A stretch of 64,000 nucleotides of DNA from Scyliorhinus canicula (lineage: Eukaryota). Positions 11,029 to 23,927 of this stretch are shown here, one piece after another; position 1 is the stretch's first letter; each line of letters opens with the position of its first letter. The notes under the pieces are model-generated. The model made no database searches, was not told the DNA's origin, and saw nothing but the letters and a program-made list of their open reading frames with translations. The translations under genes and the position numbers were made by a program. The stretch is from the NCBI RefSeq assembly GCF_902713615.1, contig NC_052162.1:109395811-109459810 (forward strand), in the 5' to 3' direction.

Positions 11029-12167
11029 TTTGAAAAATTTCTTCCCGTTCTGACTGTGCTTTTGGACTGAAATGTCAAATATTCAGCTCAAACCTCGTCC
11101 ATACACGGAACACATATTCGGTTCTCCCCACTGTGAAGGATGCTTTTTCGTTCCATATTCAAAATCCGTTGATATTTAGATTAAGATAAATTGGGCGACT
11201 CTGTCAGATCCTGATTGTGATGTTTGGTTTCAGTTTCCCGACTGCAATCCTCCCCTTCTAAAGCCCTGTGAAACTGAGTTGAACAAAAAAAATGGAGTGA
11301 GAAAGAACCCACAAAACACAAAGGTAGATTGTCAAATTGAGCTGAATGAATCTAGTAAATTGTGGAGCTGGCATCACCAAAAAGTGACCATGAAAGCTGC
11401 TGGATTGTTGTAAAACTCCAACTGGTTCACAAATGTCCTTCAGGGAATGGAAACAGCCACCCAGTCTGTGCCTTCACAAGACAAGGGCTTTGACATGATG
11501 ACGGGAAGGTGAGCGGGGTTAAGAGATGTAGGAGCAGAAGAGGTGAAAGAGAGGAATCTTATATATCTACAACCAGTCTGAATCTCCCAAACACGCATCC
11601 TTCACTATCTAGAAAGACTAAGTTTGCATGTCAATGTGAACAGCATCACCTTCAGGTCACACACAGCACATTGTCCTGGATGACCAGAAATGTCCTCCGT
11701 TTAAATATTGGGAAGACTGAACCAATGTCTCCACCCCATCTCTCACCCTGGAAACTGTCTGAGGCAGAACAAGACTGTTCACAACCATGGTGAAATGTTT
11801 ATTTTAAATTTAGACTTTGCAGGGTCGACAGGGTTCAGCTTGGCATTGTCGTTTTGCTTTTTAAAGTGGCGGAATCTATTTCTGCCTGAACAAAAAGAAC
11901 TATCTGGGATTAACAAAGAAACGCACACTTCGTTGCCTCTGAAGAGACACTTTGGTTCTGGATGCCGGAAATCATGTGAAACACAATTATTCTCTGTGAC
12001 CTATGAACTGTAAATCTTTCCTTTCTGGGTCTTTTGTTGTCAGAATGCAAAGGAGGCAACTTTCAGGTCATTTTGAGTTTGAGTTCATCCTATCTCAAGA
12101 GAATAGGAAATCCGTCACTGGTTATAAAAGAGGAATCAAATCAAAAATATCTTTCTGTTTACAGAGG

Positions 12168-12545
12168 GGTGGCATAAGGACACAGCAGTTAGCACTATTG
12201 CCTCACAGCACCAGGAATCCGCAGTCAATTCCGGCCTTGCGTCACTGACTGTGTTGAGTTTCTATGTTCTCAACCTTGACTATCAAGAAAGACTAGGTTT
12301 GCATGTGTATGTGAACAGCATCACCTCCAGGTCACACACAGAAATGTCCTCCATTTAAATATTGGGTGGGTTTCCTCGGGGTGCTCCGGTTTCCTCCCAC
12401 AGTCCAAAAATGTGCATGTTATGTGGATTTGGATGATGTGCAGGTTATGTTAAGAGATTACGGGGATAGGGCAGGGTGGACGGGTGAGTGAACATGGGCA
12501 TTCAAAGGGTCCATTCAATTTTCTGCACTCTAGGCATTCTGACAT
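12168..12545 (+). mobile_element. HE1-type V-SINE with an internal templated insert
   Basis: Head to ~12270; V-domain resumes at ~12366. Confidence 0.7.
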
Positions 12546-13121
12546 AAAAATAGATGGCGATGGGAGAAATCAATGTTGTTTAAATTATTACCCCTTCTGT
12601 CCCGAACGTCGCTCGACATGGCCCAGTCTTACCTCATCCTTCAGAAACTTTCATGCATTTCATGCTCACTTGCAATAAGTCTTGTTCGCCCATCAACCCT
12701 GTGCTTACTGACCTTCAAAAGATTCCTGGTTCAGTAGCACCAACATTTTTAAATTCTCATCCTTGTTTTCCTCCAGTGTTGTGACCATCTCTGTCTATCT
12801 CTGTAATGTTATCGAGCCACACACCCTCCGAGATCTCTACACTGATCTAATGCCAGCCTCTTGAACATTCTTGATTTTAATCCTCCACCATTAGCGACCA
12901 TCCTTCCATTTGCCTGGGCCACAAACTCTGGAAATGAGAAACCTTGAAGTGCATGTCCACAGTTCTGCATCTGATGTGCTGTAACCTCACCAGGTACTAG
13001 AGTTGGGGTGAAGTTTATTTTTTCTCCAAATTGCCTGGAGCAGACCTGATGGGCTAAATGGCCTCTTTCTTCACCGTAACCTTTCTATGATTCTAAAGGT
13101 TTGAAAAACATTGCCCTAAAT

Positions 13122-13267
13122 ACACAGTGGTTAATATTGCCGCCTCAGAGCTCCAGGGACCCGGGTTCAATTCTGGCCTCGGGGGACTGTTTGTGAGAAA
13201 TTTGCATTTTCCACCCCGTGTCTGAATGGGTTTCCTCCGGGTGCTCCGGTTTCCTCCCACAGTCCAG
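13122..13267 (+). mobile_element. Partial V-SINE (head and V-domain)
   Basis: ggttcaattc B box and V-domain. Confidence 0.7.
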
Positions 13268-13539
13268 TGTGGGGGGGAGGGGCGAGTCCCACCACAGCAA
13301 ATTGGAATCCAATAAAAATCTGAAATTGCAAGTCAAATCTGACCATGAAATCATTTTCAATTTTGTAAAAACCCATTTGCGAAGGGAATCAACTTGGTCT
13401 GGCTTACATATGACTCCAGGTCCATGCAATGGTTAACTCTGAAGTTGATGGCAAACCACTCAATTTACAGCCAATTAGCGATGGGCAATGTTAGCCCAAA
13501 TGGTGGTCCAATCCCATTAATTCTTTTTTTTTTCTAAGT

Positions 13540-14350
13540 GAGACTTGTTTTTAAACTTGCTGGGCCAGAGAAGTAACTGATCAGATTGTCTCAATTTTAA
13601 TGAGAAATAAGGTGAGGATGGAGGAATTGGGGAAAGGGAGAGCCGTTCAAAACAAACTAACTTGTCTTGGAAATTTTAAGGAGATTGTCTTCCGGTGGCT
13701 GGATTTACTGAGCAGTCACAGGAACGTGGCTCTCCTCTTTGTAACTTCAAACTATGCATCTTTAACCCGAAAATTGATGGCCAAGCCAACAAAAAAAAAA
13801 ACCCCCGCCCCAAAAAACCACCACATACCCAAGGATATCGCCTGGAACCAGCAAAATGGTCAAAGAGAGAATAAGGACAGCAAGAGCCCGGGGAGAAAAG
13901 ACGGGCTGGCGGATATAAAGAGCGAGGCAGAGCAAGATATGGTGGAGAGAGCAGAACCACCAATGCAAAAATTGATTTCCCCAGGAATAGGTCAATGGAT
14001 GGAGCTCCTAACACAGAAGTTCCTAAAACACAGAGATGCCATTAAGAAATAAATTATGGCAAAGGTAAAATCGTGGTTGCAGATGCCTTGGCCTCCTTCA
14101 AAGGAAGAGGAGGGAGCGATGACTGGAGATGCAGGATTCAACAGTGTGAAAATTCTCGAGGACAGCAACCAACCAGGAAGACGAGATCACCTCAATGGAA
14201 GTAGAGGTGTCAAGGTTGGTATTGGCCCAGGAAGCACTCAAGGGGAAGGTGGAGGACCAAGAGAACAGGTCACGTCACCAGAACCTCAGGGTTGTGGGAC
14301 TACCGGAGGGCACAAACCCAACTGAGTATGTGGCCCAGATGCTGGGTGAG
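13540..14350 (+). mobile_element. L1-clade 5' region/ORF1 fragment
   Basis: Peptide LKGKVEDQENRSRHQNLRVVGLPEG (L1 ORF1 motif). Confidence 0.7.
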
Positions 14351-15460
14351 CAGAAGAGATTGATGCGTCAAATTAAAGCACATGGAATGGGATAGTGAAT
14401 TGAGATGGTTAGTGGACTGGTTAACAAACAGGAAACAAAGAGTAGGATATAGAGGGTCTTTTCAAATTGGCAGGCAGTGACTAGTGGGCTGCCGCAGGAA
14501 TCAATGCAATATATAGTAATGAGGAAGGAACAAAATGTAATATCTCTAAATTTGCAGATGACACCAAGTTGTGTGGGAGGGTGAGATGTGAGGAAGATGC
14601 AGAGATCCTTCAGTGTGATTTGGACAAGTTGAGTGAGTGGGCAAATGAATGGCAGATGCAGTATAATTTGGATAAATGCGAGGTTATACACTTTGGTAGC
14701 AAACACGAGAAGGCAGACTATTATCTGAACAGCCAGAAATTAGGAGAGGGTAATGTGCAATGAGACCTGGGTGTCCTCGTACACCAGTCACTGGAGCTAA
14801 GCATGCAGGTATAGCAAGTGATAAAGAAGGCAAATGGTATGTTGCCCTTCGTAGTGAAAGGATTGGAGTACAGCAGCAGGGATGTTTTGACACACTTATA
14901 TAGAGTCTTGGTGAGGCCACACCTGGAATATTGTGTCAAGGTTTGGTCTCCTATTCTGAGGAAGGATGTTCTTGCTTTAGAGGGAATGCAGCAAAGATTT
15001 ACCAGACTGGTTCCTGGGATGGCGGGACTGACATATGAGATATTGAATCGGTTGGGATTGTATTCGCTGGAGTTCAGATGCATGAGGGAGGGGATCTCAC
15101 AGAAACCTTTAAAATTTGATCAGAACTGAACAAGATAGATGCAGAAGGATGTGCCCGATGGCGAGTATGTACAGAATTGTCACAGTCTGAGGATACGGGT
15201 AGACCATTTAGGACAGAGTTGAGGAGAAATTTCTTCCCCAGAGAGTGGCGAGCCTGTTACCACAGGAGGTAGTTGAGCCCATGTTTTCAAGAAGCAGTTA
15301 CACATAGCACTTTGGGTGAAGGTGATCAAAGTATATGGGGGCGGGGAGGGGAAAGTGGGAGTAGACTTTTGATTTGGATAATCAGCCGTGTTCATAATGA
15401 ATGGCGGAGCAGGCTCGAAGGGCCGAAGAGCCTCCTCCTGCTCCAATTTTCTATCTTTCG
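14350..15460 (+). mobile_element. CR1 LINE 3' fragment
   Basis: KFADDTK, WANEWQMQYN and LVRPHLEYCVKVWSP peptides. Confidence 0.88.
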
Positions 15461-16609
15461 ATACAATGCTCTTGCTGGACTGAGATCCCATCCTGGATGA
15501 ACAGGATTTTCTGCCATTTAAATATTGGGAAGACTGAAGCCAATGTCTTCAATCTCCCGTACAAATTTCACTCCATGCACACCAACACCATCCCTCTTCC
15601 TGAAAACTGTTTGAGGCTCAGCCAGACTGTCCACAACCATGGTCAAATATTTAATTTTAAATTTGACTTTTAAGGCTGCATTTAGTGTTGTCGTTTCCAG
15701 TGTCTGTGTCTATGCCTGGTGGCCCGCCCATTTCATATATTTTTATTGACTTTGGAGCAGTTGAATGCAACTAAGCGGCTTGCTCCACCATTTCAGAAAA
15801 CATTTGGGAGTCAGCCAGTTTGCTGCGGATCTGAAGTCACATGTCAGCCAGACAAGGTGAGGATGGAAGATTTTGTCCCTAAATAGCATTAATGAACTGA
15901 ATGGTTTTTATATTTTGTACTTTTATCAAATTGAAATTCCACCACATGCCATGATGGGATTCAAACTTGGGTCCCCAGAGCATTACTCTATGTCTCGACA
16001 ATTACCCTGGGTGTCCCCACAAGATGACCTACAACCACACATCAGTGCCATCTCCAAATATGGGTGTCCTTCTGTGAGATGACTGAGACCTCACACTGCA
16101 TTTTTTTTGGAAAATACATCTTGACATCCTCAAGGATATTTTAAAAAATGTATTAGCTTGACAAAGAGTTTTTAAAACCACTATGTCTGTCTGTGACTCC
16201 TGAACTAAAATAGCTATCTGGCTGCAACAAAGAAACTTCCTTATCTCTGAAGAGACATTTTGATTCTGGACTCTAGAACTCAAATGAAATACACTGTTCT
16301 CTGTGATCTATGCAGTCAATCTTTCTTTTCTCTGTCTATATTTTGCTGTATGTATGCAAAGGAGGCAGAGTTGAGACAGTCTAATCTCGTTTTGAGTGTC
16401 TGTAAACAGAATAACACTTTGAGTTCATCCAATCTGAAGGGATTGGGAAATTTGCCATTGTTTATAATTTACTTGCAACAAGTCTTGTTTGTCCATCACC
16501 CCTGTGCTCAGTGGACTACAAAAGACTTCTGGTTCAGAAGCACGATAAAATCAAAAGTCCTAATTTTCCTTCATGGTTGTGACCTTAAAGTGCATGCCCA
16601 CATGTCACA

Positions 16610-16951
16610 GGGCAGCACGGTAGCATGGTGGTTAGCATAAATGCTTCACAGCTCCAGGGTCCCAGGTTCGGTTCCCGGCTGGGTCACTGTCTGTGCGGAG
16701 TTTGCACGTCCTCCCCGTGTGTGCGTGGGTTTCCTCCGGGTGCTCCGGTTTCCTCCCACAGTCCAAAGATGTGCGGGTTAGGTGGATTGGCCATGCTAAA
16801 TTGCCCGTAGTGTCCTAAAAAGTAAGGTTAAGGGGGGGTTGTTTGGGTTACGGGTATAGGGTGGATACGTGGGTTTGAGTAGGGTGATAATTGCTCTGCA
16901 CAACATCGAGGGTCGAAGGGCCTGTTCTGTGCTGTACTGTTCTATGTTCTA
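16610..16951 (+). mobile_element. HE1-type V-SINE (young)
   Basis: Full length, near-identical to 57144-57488. Confidence 0.9.
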
Positions 16952-16954
16952 CAG

Positions 16955-17545
16955 CTGCAGTGCAATAACCAGGTGCTGAAAAATTGTATTAAAATGGGCG
17001 GCTAGTTCATTTGTTCTCCTTATTGGCGGGAAAACATAATGGGCTGAGTGGCCTCCCGCCACCAACAACTTTGCCGGTTCATCCCTGTGGCCCGCACAAT
17101 TATGACAGTCACGTATGCGTTCGACGACACATTGCCTGTTGAAAACGTGGCGGCCATAAAGTCCGGTCTGGAACTCGGAATTATTCTGTGTTTCCACTAA
17201 GTGCAAACGGGGGACTGGAAAGCTCTCTCTCGGGATTGGAGGTTTACACAACATGTTTTCAAAGCCTCTCCGCCCACGAGCCGGATCCACCCCCATCCCG
17301 CCATTGCACCCGCTTACCCATAGAACATCAAATCAGCATCTCCCCACCGCCATTACTCTCACTGCGCATGCTCTACCTTCCCTCTGGCTCCGCTCCTCCT
17401 TCACTCCGATTGGCTGGAGGACCAGCACCTGCCGTTCGGTCTTCCAGTCACGCCCCCTCTCTGTCTATTGGTCCAGACAACGAACCGGGCATTGTGACGT
17501 TACGAACTGGTGACAGCCACAGACTTAGCCTGATTTGCTGATTAT
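16955..17545 (-). promoter_or_regulatory. ZNF promoter/first-exon module, copy 2 (upstream of ZNF-A)
   Basis: Two ATTGG (CCAAT) boxes, CACGCCCC, TGCGCATGC and TGACG. Candidate donor TGG|GTAAGC at ~17317 on the minus strand. Confidence 0.65.
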
Positions 17546-17547
17546 TG

Positions 17548-17685
17548 TGCTGTGGAGATGATGACGTTGGATTGGGGTGGGCACAGTAAGAAGTCTGGCA
17601 ACACCAGAGTAAAGTCCTGATGAAGGAGCTGCGCTCGGAAAGCTAGTAATTCCAAACAAACCTTTTGGATTTTAACCTGGTGTTG
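17548..17685. mobile_element. Short Penelope-pLTR-derived fold-back insertion
   Basis: Matches the 52317-52437 terminus in both orientations. Contains ctgatga-a-ggagc-tgc-gctcg-gaaagcta and is flanked by a duplicated gctgattattg. Confidence 0.7.
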
Positions 17686-17741
17686 CTGATTATTGGCAGC
17701 ATTTTCTGTTTGGGATTAGAGCGGTAGATAGATCTTCACTG

Positions 17742-17870
17742 AATAAAAGCAAATTATTGTGGATGCTGGAATCTGAAACCAGGAGAACATACTGGAAAAT
17801 CTCAGCAGGTCTGGCAGCATCTGCAGGGAGAGAAAAGAGCTAACGTTTCGAGTCCAGATGACCCTTTGTC
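17742..17870 (-). mobile_element. Second Penelope-type terminal repeat with a decayed hammerhead motif
   Basis: Minus strand reads gacaaa-gggtc-atctg-gactc-gaaacgtta. Older relatives at ~3500-3612 and ~30183-30420. Confidence 0.5.
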
Positions 17871-18050
17871 CTCTCTCCAGATGACCCAGTTGTCCTCTGT
17901 CCAGGAGGGCGGAGTGGAGGGAGAGGGAGATTCACACTCATTTCCAGAGTGCTCTGATTATCATATTTACATGAGGAATTCTCCATTTCAGTCCCCCTGC
18001 AAACGTTTGTGTTTAAAATTGTTACTGAGGAGGAATTTACAGTGAGTTTC

Positions 18051-18260
18051 CATGGAATCCCTACAGTACAGGAGGCCATTCAGCCCATTGAATCTGTACA
18101 TCCCCTCGAACGACCACTCTGCCCATTCACAAGTGTCCACCCCTACCTATCCCTGTAATCCATAACCTAACCTGCCCATCCCTGGACACTAAGGGAATAA
18201 GGGGCATAGCCAATCCACCTAACCTGCATATCTTTGGACTGTGGGAGGAAACCGGAGCAA
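18051..18260 (-). mobile_element. Partial V-SINE, paralogous to 3066-3270
   Basis: Same position in the duplicated unit. Confidence 0.7.
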
Positions 18261-18261
18261 G

Positions 18262-19975
18262 AAATAAGATTGAGGTGGAAAAGGCAAAATTAGAAGAGAG
18301 AAGAGAGAGGACTTTTCAAAGGGAAATGGAATGGAATAAGATGGAGATGAAAGAAAAAAAAAGCAGGAGAGGGAGATTGCCATTGGCAGAAACAAAAGAA
18401 AAAGAGAATTTGAGCTTCAGAAATGGCACCGACAGGAGAGCAACAACTTAAAAGGTTGAAGTTAAAAGCAAGAGCTGAGGAATTTCTACAGGAGAAACAC
18501 TTCCCAGTCAAAAGCGTAGTCGGGAAAAATGTTTGGAGGAATTTAAAGATTCACATCCCGCAGTAATGAGAACCCATGTGGAAGAGCGGAGAGTTAAAAT
18601 GGCTTGACCAGCCGCAGACATGGCTGACAATTTTAAATTGGTTCATAAAATACAGTTTAATGTCCAACATCAATTTAAATCTGTGACGGCTATAAACTGG
18701 GGATATGAGATGTTCACAGGGTCCATGCAGAGGAGGTGTAGCTGCTGATGTTAAAGAGTGTGCCTCAGAGTAAAAAAAGAACCAATGTTAGTGGTAGAGA
18801 GACAAGAAAACTTGGTGTTTTCATTGCAATGAAGCTGGACATGTGAAGCCGCAGTGTTGGTTACTTACAAAAAGGGCTGGGCAGACAGACTTGGCAGAGC
18901 TAGTGGAAAAGCCGGAATGGTTTATAAAAGTGGCAGAACAAAGCATTGGTCTAGTGGAAGGGGTGCCACATAGTGTACAAACTGTGCAGGCGCTGGTGGT
19001 TATGCAGGCACCAGGTCTTTTGAAGAATTTTGTTTGTGAGAGTAAAGTTTACTCATGTGTAAAAAATGGAATAGGTAAGGCAATTAAGATTTTAAGAGAT
19101 ACAGGAACAAGACAATCTTTAATGATGAGAGATAAGGAGATATCCAGCTTGGAAGGAGTATTGCCAGAAATGGTGGTAATGTGTCCCATTACTGGTGAGA
19201 ACCTCAGTGTGCCACTAATAAGGTAAGGTTAGAGAGTCCAATGAGAAGTGGTAGGAGGATGACTAGAACATACTATATATTTTTAGGGGCACAATTTATT
19301 CTGGGTAATGCTGCAGGTGGGAGTACAGCCTACTGTAGTTGAACAGCCAGTGGAAAGTCAAACAAAGATGATGCAAGAAGTATATCATTGAATTTGCAGT
19401 GCAGGAAGCCATTTGGCCCATGGAGTCTGCACCAACCCTTGGAAAGAGCACCCCACGTCTCCTCCACCCCATCCCCTTAACCCAGTAACCCCAATTAACC
19501 TTTTCGGACACTATGGGCAATTTAGCATGGTCAATCCACCTAACCCGCACATATTTGGACTGTGGGAGAAAACCGGAGCACCCGGAGGGTGTGCAGCCTC
19601 CACACAGACAGTGGCCCAAGCCAGGAATTGAACCTTGGTCCGTGGAGCTGTGAAGCAACTGTGCTAACCACTGTGCTACCGTGCTGTCCTGGGAGTGCTT
19701 CCTGATTGTGGGGTAACCCGATCACAAAGCCACAGGCTGAGATGGGGGGAAGAGAATTTGAGGAGTGCTAATAGGGAGGCTGAGATTGAATTATCTGAAC
19801 CCTGTTCGATCAGATAGTTAGCCAAGACAAAGAGCCGGTAGTGGATGAATTGTCAGGAACCATATTTAATCAAATGGTTAGTGCAGCAAATGGTAAATGA
19901 AGCAGATCTCTGTATGTAGTTCAAGCAAGTTGGTTGAATTACAACAAAAAATTTCAGAGCTAAAGAAGTTACACC
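18262..19975 (+). mobile_element. Gypsy (Gmr1-like) gag-protease remnant
   Basis: Zinc knuckle CFHCNEAGHVKPQC and protease-like IKILRDTG.RQSL. Confidence 0.7.
19385..19690 (-). mobile_element. HE1-type V-SINE
   Basis: Head, V-domain and tail present, inside the Gypsy remnant. Confidence 0.82.
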
Positions 19976-20277
19976 GTTATTTGTGATATATATAAATGAT
20001 TTGGATGAGAATATAGGAGGCATGGTTAATAAGTTTGCAGATGATACCAAGATTGGTGGCATAGTGGATAGTGAAGAAGGTTATATAAGATTGCAACAGG
20101 ATCTTGACCAATTGGGCCAGTGGGTCGAATTTGGATAAATGTGAGGTGATGCATTTTGGTAGATCAAATCAGGGCAGGATCTATTTAGTTAATGGTAGGT
20201 AGTTGGGGACAGTTACAGAACAAAGAGATCTAGGAATACAGGTTCATAGCTCCTTGAAGGTGGAATCGCAGATCGGG
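19975..20277 (+). mobile_element. CR1 RT fragment
   Basis: atatataaatgatttggatgag...aagtttgcagatgataccaag. Confidence 0.75.
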
Positions 20278-22317
20278 TCAGTCATACAGTGTGGAGCAAA
20301 GGCTGGAGGCGCAGCCTGTGTCGCTCCAGAAGATGGAGGTGTCCGTAGCTGACCACGAGGGTCTGTTGGCTTCATTGGAGGCAGAATTTGTCCTAGTGGC
20401 AGAGGGCCAGAATAAGTTAAGACAGTAGGTTGACAACTTAAGAGAATCGCTCGAGGAGGCAGAATCTTCACATTGTGGATCTGTCTGAGGGGATCGAGGG
20501 AATGCAGGCCACACAATATGTGGCAAGGATGTTCAAGAAGCTGGTGAGGGAGGGGGTCTTTGATTGATCTCCTGAGGTGAATCGAGCACACAGGTCACTG
20601 AGGAATCCGAAAGCCGATGAGCTGCCGAGGATGATCATGGTGCGTTTGTACTGTTATTTGCATAAAGAGAAGATTATGCGGTGGGTGAAGAAGACAAGAG
20701 AGTACACTTGGGAAGGCCATACCATGTGTATTTATGGGAGCGGAGTTGGCCAAGCGACAGACCGGGTTCAAGAGAGTCAAAGCAGCCCTATTTAGGAAAG
20801 ATGTGAAATTCGGTGTGCTATATCTTGCTTGTTTGTGGGTCACGTACCGAAATCAGGAGTTTAATTTTGATACGCCGGAGGAGGCGAATAGGTTTATGAG
20901 AGACCATGGACTGGGGACGTGTGAGGACATTGGACTTGGGAGATACCTGTGAGGGAAGGGGTTGCGTTTATGCCGGGTTGTTTGTTTGCTCTTGCTGTTT
21001 TTCCCACTGTGTTTAATTGATTATTGGTGTATGTGGTAAATTGATAAGCTGTGTCTGTTTACCCGCCCACAGTTGGGATTTGGGATGGGTATGTCGGTAG
21101 TGGAGGGACGGGCGGTGGACGAGGAAGAGGGAGAGGGTGGAATGGGGGTCCAGGTAGGGCAGGAGGTTGGATATGGGTTTGGGAAGCGGAAGGACATTGT
21201 GGTTGGGGGAAGGTGGTTACTTTGATTGGGGGCCACTATGCTCTCAGGTAGGTTAGTTTGCGGGAGTGAAATGGGAGATAGATGTATGGAGGGAGGAGTG
21301 GAGGTGGTTTTCTTTGTTTGTGTATGGAGGGGGAGGGAAGCTTGCTGATGTAGTTGGAGCTGGGGTGGCGCAGTTGGTAATGAAGGAATGGCGGCGACCA
21401 GTTAGGGGGCCCCGGGGGTGATCAAGACGTGGGCTTGGAGGAGGCCATTAATGGGGGGAAATGGCTGATTGAAGAGCTGGGTGGGGGGGGGACTGGTATC
21501 TTGGAATGTTCAGGGATTAAATAGGCAGATTAAGAGGTTTTGAATCCAACAGTGTTGGATCCTAGGCTTGGCCGGTCATGTTCCAGTTTTTTGAAGGTAT
21601 TGGTAATGGCAAAGGACTGTGGAGGTTAATGGAGCGGATGGGTGGGGTGGACCTGTGGAGGTCTGAGGGCGAAGGAATTTTCATTTTTTTCACAATTCCA
21701 CCAGGTGTATTCCTGGATTGATTTTTTTTGTTCTGGACAAGGCGTTGTTAGCAGGGGTGGTTGGTTGTAATATTCGGCGATTGTGGTGTCCAAACACGCA
21801 CCGCACTGGGTGGACTTGCGGGTGGGGCTGAGGGAGGTAATTGTATATCATAGTATTATAGAATTTACAGTGCAGAAGGAGGCCATTCGAGTCCGCACCG
21901 GCTCCTGGAAAGAGCACCCCACCCAAGTCCACGCCTCCACCCTATCCCCGTAACCCGACCTAACCTTTTGGACACTAAGGGGCAATTTAGATTCTATGAT
22001 GCGGGCGGTGCCCAATGACGCACATTTAGGTTGGACCCTCTTAGCTGACGAGGTCTTTTGCCAGAACATGTCATGGCCATACGCGAGTACGTCACTAACG
22101 ATGTGTGGGGCCAATTCAGTTGGGGAAGGCCCGGGCGCAGACAGGTTGCCGGCAGTTTATTTTGGATTGGGACCCATTATAGTTGACATGTACGAGACAT
22201 TGAAGAATGGGAAACTCCCCCAAGCTGTCTCAGGCTTCCATCTAGCTTATTTTAAAAACAGGATAAGGATTCGAAGCAGTGTGTGTCGTACCGTCTGATT
22301 TCGTTATTGAACAAGGA

Positions 22318-22662
22318 TAGAGCACAGTAGCATTGTAGACAGCACAATTGCTTCACAGCTCCAGGGTCCCAAGTTCGATTCCGGCTTGGGTCACTGTCTG
22401 TGCGGAGTCTGTACATCCTCCCCGTGTGTGCGTGGGTTTACTCCGTGTGCTCCGGTTTCCTCCCACAGTCCAAAGATGTACAGGTTAGGTGAATGGGCCA
22501 TGATAAATTGCTCTTAGTGTCCAAAATTGCCCTTAATGTTGGGTGGGGTTACTGGGTTATGGGGATAGGGTGGAGGTGTTGACCTTGTGTCGGGTGCTCT
22601 TTCCAAGAGCCGGTGCAGACTCGATGGGCTGAATGGCCTTCTTCTGCACTGTAAATTCTATG
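22318..22662 (+). mobile_element. HE1-type V-SINE
   Basis: Full length. Confidence 0.85.
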
Positions 22663-22670
22663 AAAATATA

Positions 22671-22852
22671 GGGGCTGTTTAGCACAGGGCTAAATTGCTG
22701 GCTTTGAAAGCAGACCAAGGCAGGCCAGCAGCACGGTTCAATTCCCGTACCAGCCTCCCTGAACAAGCGCCGGAATGTGGCGATTAGGGGCTTTTCACAG
22801 TAACTTTATTTGTAGCCTACTTGTGACAATAAGTGATTTTCATTTCATTTTG
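22671..22852 (+). mobile_element. Short tRNA-derived SINE, family 2
   Basis: ggggctgtttagcacaggg (A box), ggttcaattccc (B box), tail cttttcacagtaactt...gcctacttgtgacaataag...(tttca)n. Confidence 0.8.
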
Positions 22853-23161
22853 GTGAATGTGCTGGCAATGCATACGAGGATTTGTGCCACGGGTGATAGG
22901 AAAGAACCAGGCCAAGTTTGTGAAAGGGTGGCAGTTGTCGGTTTGTATCTGGAGATTATTGAATATTATCTGGCGGGCCAGGATGTGAAAATGATAGTGT
23001 TGATGGACACGGAGAAAGCGTTTGATGGGGTTGAATGGGCGTATTTGTTTGAGGTGTTGGGAAGGTATCGGGTAGGACAGGGATTCGTAGATTGGGTGAG
23101 GTTGCTGTATAAGGCCCCTAAGGCGAGTGGACTGGAGGAATAATGTCAGTTTGGGGTACTT

Positions 23162-23430
23162 TAGATTACAGATACAGCCTGAAGGCTTCTCAATACACCG
23201 GACGGACCGCACGGCGTCATTGGGCAAAGTGAAGAGTGGAGGGGGTTCCCTCCTCATCTACTCCTCCTGGTGCTCCGACGTAGCAACCCTCGTGAACTAC
23301 TGCTTCCCGGACCTGGAATAATGGACTGTTAAGTGCTGCCCGTATTACCTTCCATGGGAGATCACTTCTTCCATCATCACGGCGGTCCATACCCCACCCT
23401 TGACGGAAGTGAAGAAGGCGCTTGATGACA
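23162..23430 (+). mobile_element. Rex1-type endonuclease fragment
   Basis: Peptide IQPEGFSIHRTDRTASLGKVKSGGG...SWCSDV. Confidence 0.65.
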
Positions 23431-23927
23431 TTAGGTTTGAATTGCTGATGTCCTGTAACAAGAATCCTTTCAGTGTGTCAGATTAGCTAATCAGATTAGT
23501 GACACCATCAGAGTCAATGTTCCACCGTGTTAAAGGGAAAATTTCCTTGATTGTCTCTGCTCAGTCGGACAGTTCACCCTTCATTCTTCTCTCGTTCCGG
23601 TTCTCAAAGTTTCTAAAGATTCACAAAGCTGGAGACAGAGTTTTCTCTTTTGTTTCCTTTTCCGATTTTCCCACCTGCCAATTAACAATAGTTTCCAAAA
23701 TCTTCTCTCAATCCTCCTCCTCGCATCATGTCCAGGGATGAGAGGTGTGTGGAGAGAATGTACAAACCTGGATTGTTCTCTTCAGAGCAAAAAAGGTTGA
23801 AGAGGGATTTCATGGAGCTGTTCAATAGTATGGGTTGAGCGACAGGCGTATTGATAGAACAGATAGGGAGAAACTGTTTCCACTGATGAGAATCCATAAC
23901 CAGAGGATCGGGACTGAAGATAATTCA

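Larger units (their letters stand above)
20278..23160 (+). mobile_element. Degenerate L1-clade element (ORF1 and ORF2 fragments) with nested SINEs
   Basis: ORF1 peptides (NRAHRSL...PRMIMVRL; KFGVLYLACLWVT) and RT peptide MDTEKAFDGVEWAYLFEVLGRY. Confidence 0.75.
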
